DNA of 61,684 nt, counting the filler, from an uncultured bacterium (GTDB lineage: Bacteria > Latescibacterota > UBA2968), in the NCBI GenBank assembly GCA_964471275.1. It is 7 parts of 7 records of this genome, joined end to end, with 100 filler letters (N's around TTAATTAATTAA, not from the genome) between each part and the next. Parts side by side here need not be neighbours in the genome. Positions count along the whole stretch, not along the records: positions 53,058 to 61,684 come from CAYYGZ010000202.1; 6 more parts are not named here. One strand, 5' to 3'. Under the pieces are notes generated by a model, which saw nothing but the letters and a program-made list of their open reading frames with translations, did no database searches and had not been told where the DNA came from. Each line of letters starts with the position of its first letter. Within the stretch, counting starts at the first letter, position 1. The position numbers and the translations under genes are program-made. This document shows, one piece after another, positions 61,309 to 61,684 of the stretch.

Positions 61309-61684
61309 ATGCCCCGTATCCTCACGCATTTTATGTTCGCCGGTGCCCTACTTGTCGGGTCAGCCGTCGCCCAGGGTGACTGGAAGAAGGTCGAAGATAT
61401 CTTGATCACAACGCAGGACGTGGTCGTGCTCGATGGCACCGACATAGCCCCGAGGAGGACCCCCAATCCAGACGTCACGTATGGCGACTGGCTCGTCCGC
61501 CACCAGCTTTCAGACCCTCAGAATCTGAATCCCTACACGTCTTCCGACGCGGGGGCATCGACAGTCACGGGGCACATCTTTGAAACGATGCTCGCACCTG
61601 ACCAGGAACCCCCATTCGAACTGAAGGGCTACCTGGCAGTCGGCTATCCGGAGATGTCCGAAGACAAACTGACGTATACCTTCA
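61309..61684 (+). CDS. ABC transporter substrate-binding protein family 5, 3' truncated
   Basis: SD AGGAGG, signal peptide, DPQNLNPYTSSD, IFETML, SEDKLTYTF; not in the supplied ORF track. Confidence 0.85.
   Translation, partial: MPRILTHFMFAGALLVGSAVAQGDWKKVEDILITTQDVVVLDGTDIAPRRTPNPDVTYGDWLVRHQLSDPQNLNPYTSSDAGASTVTGHIFETMLAPDQEPPFELKGYLAVGYPEMSEDKLTYTF

Noticed and set aside
1..61684. tRNA, rRNA, riboswitch, prophage or anti-phage defence genes
   Set aside because: None recognised by eye; a covariance-model scan was not possible, so small RNAs cannot be excluded

Overview
The window is not one locus. It is seven unlinked bacterial contigs/scaffolds, each about 8.6-9 kb and in descending size order, joined by 100-nt N-TTAATTAATTAA-N spacers at 8957-9056, 17824-17923, 26669-26768, 35490-35589, 44224-44323 and 52958-53057. 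It is GC-rich and looks like a metagenome-assembled genome; a Latescibacterota-like heterotroph is an inference only. Contig 1: PspA/DUF4178 plus lipoprotein-DUF350-spermidine synthase module, a broken polysaccharide lyase, a desaturase and a DapA-like aldolase. Contig 2: four tandem O-antigen-ligase-like (Wzy_C) paralogs, at least three with TPR tails, plus an IS3 remnant. Contig 3: a more AT-rich PEP-utiliser-domain/lamin-tail pair, a purple acid phosphatase, nested IS3 ends and a GlpD-like/DegT/DUF2784 operon. Contig 4: a CRTAC1 protein, a DPY19-like GT-C glycosyltransferase-TPR and two multiheme cytochromes. Contig 5: an APC permease-RCK fusion, YwiC, GH78 and Gfo/Idh/MocA. Contig 6: cysK, GH29, GT39-like, ssb and pseudogenes. 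Contig 7: fabH-fabD-fabG-acpP-fabF-rnc-lipoyl ligase-glmL. The best novelty candidate is the bacterial protein carrying DPY19 (Trp C-mannosyltransferase)-type motifs. Next are the Wzy_C array and an internal-start RCK subunit in the APC fusion. All family calls come from motif recognition by eye, not from database searches.
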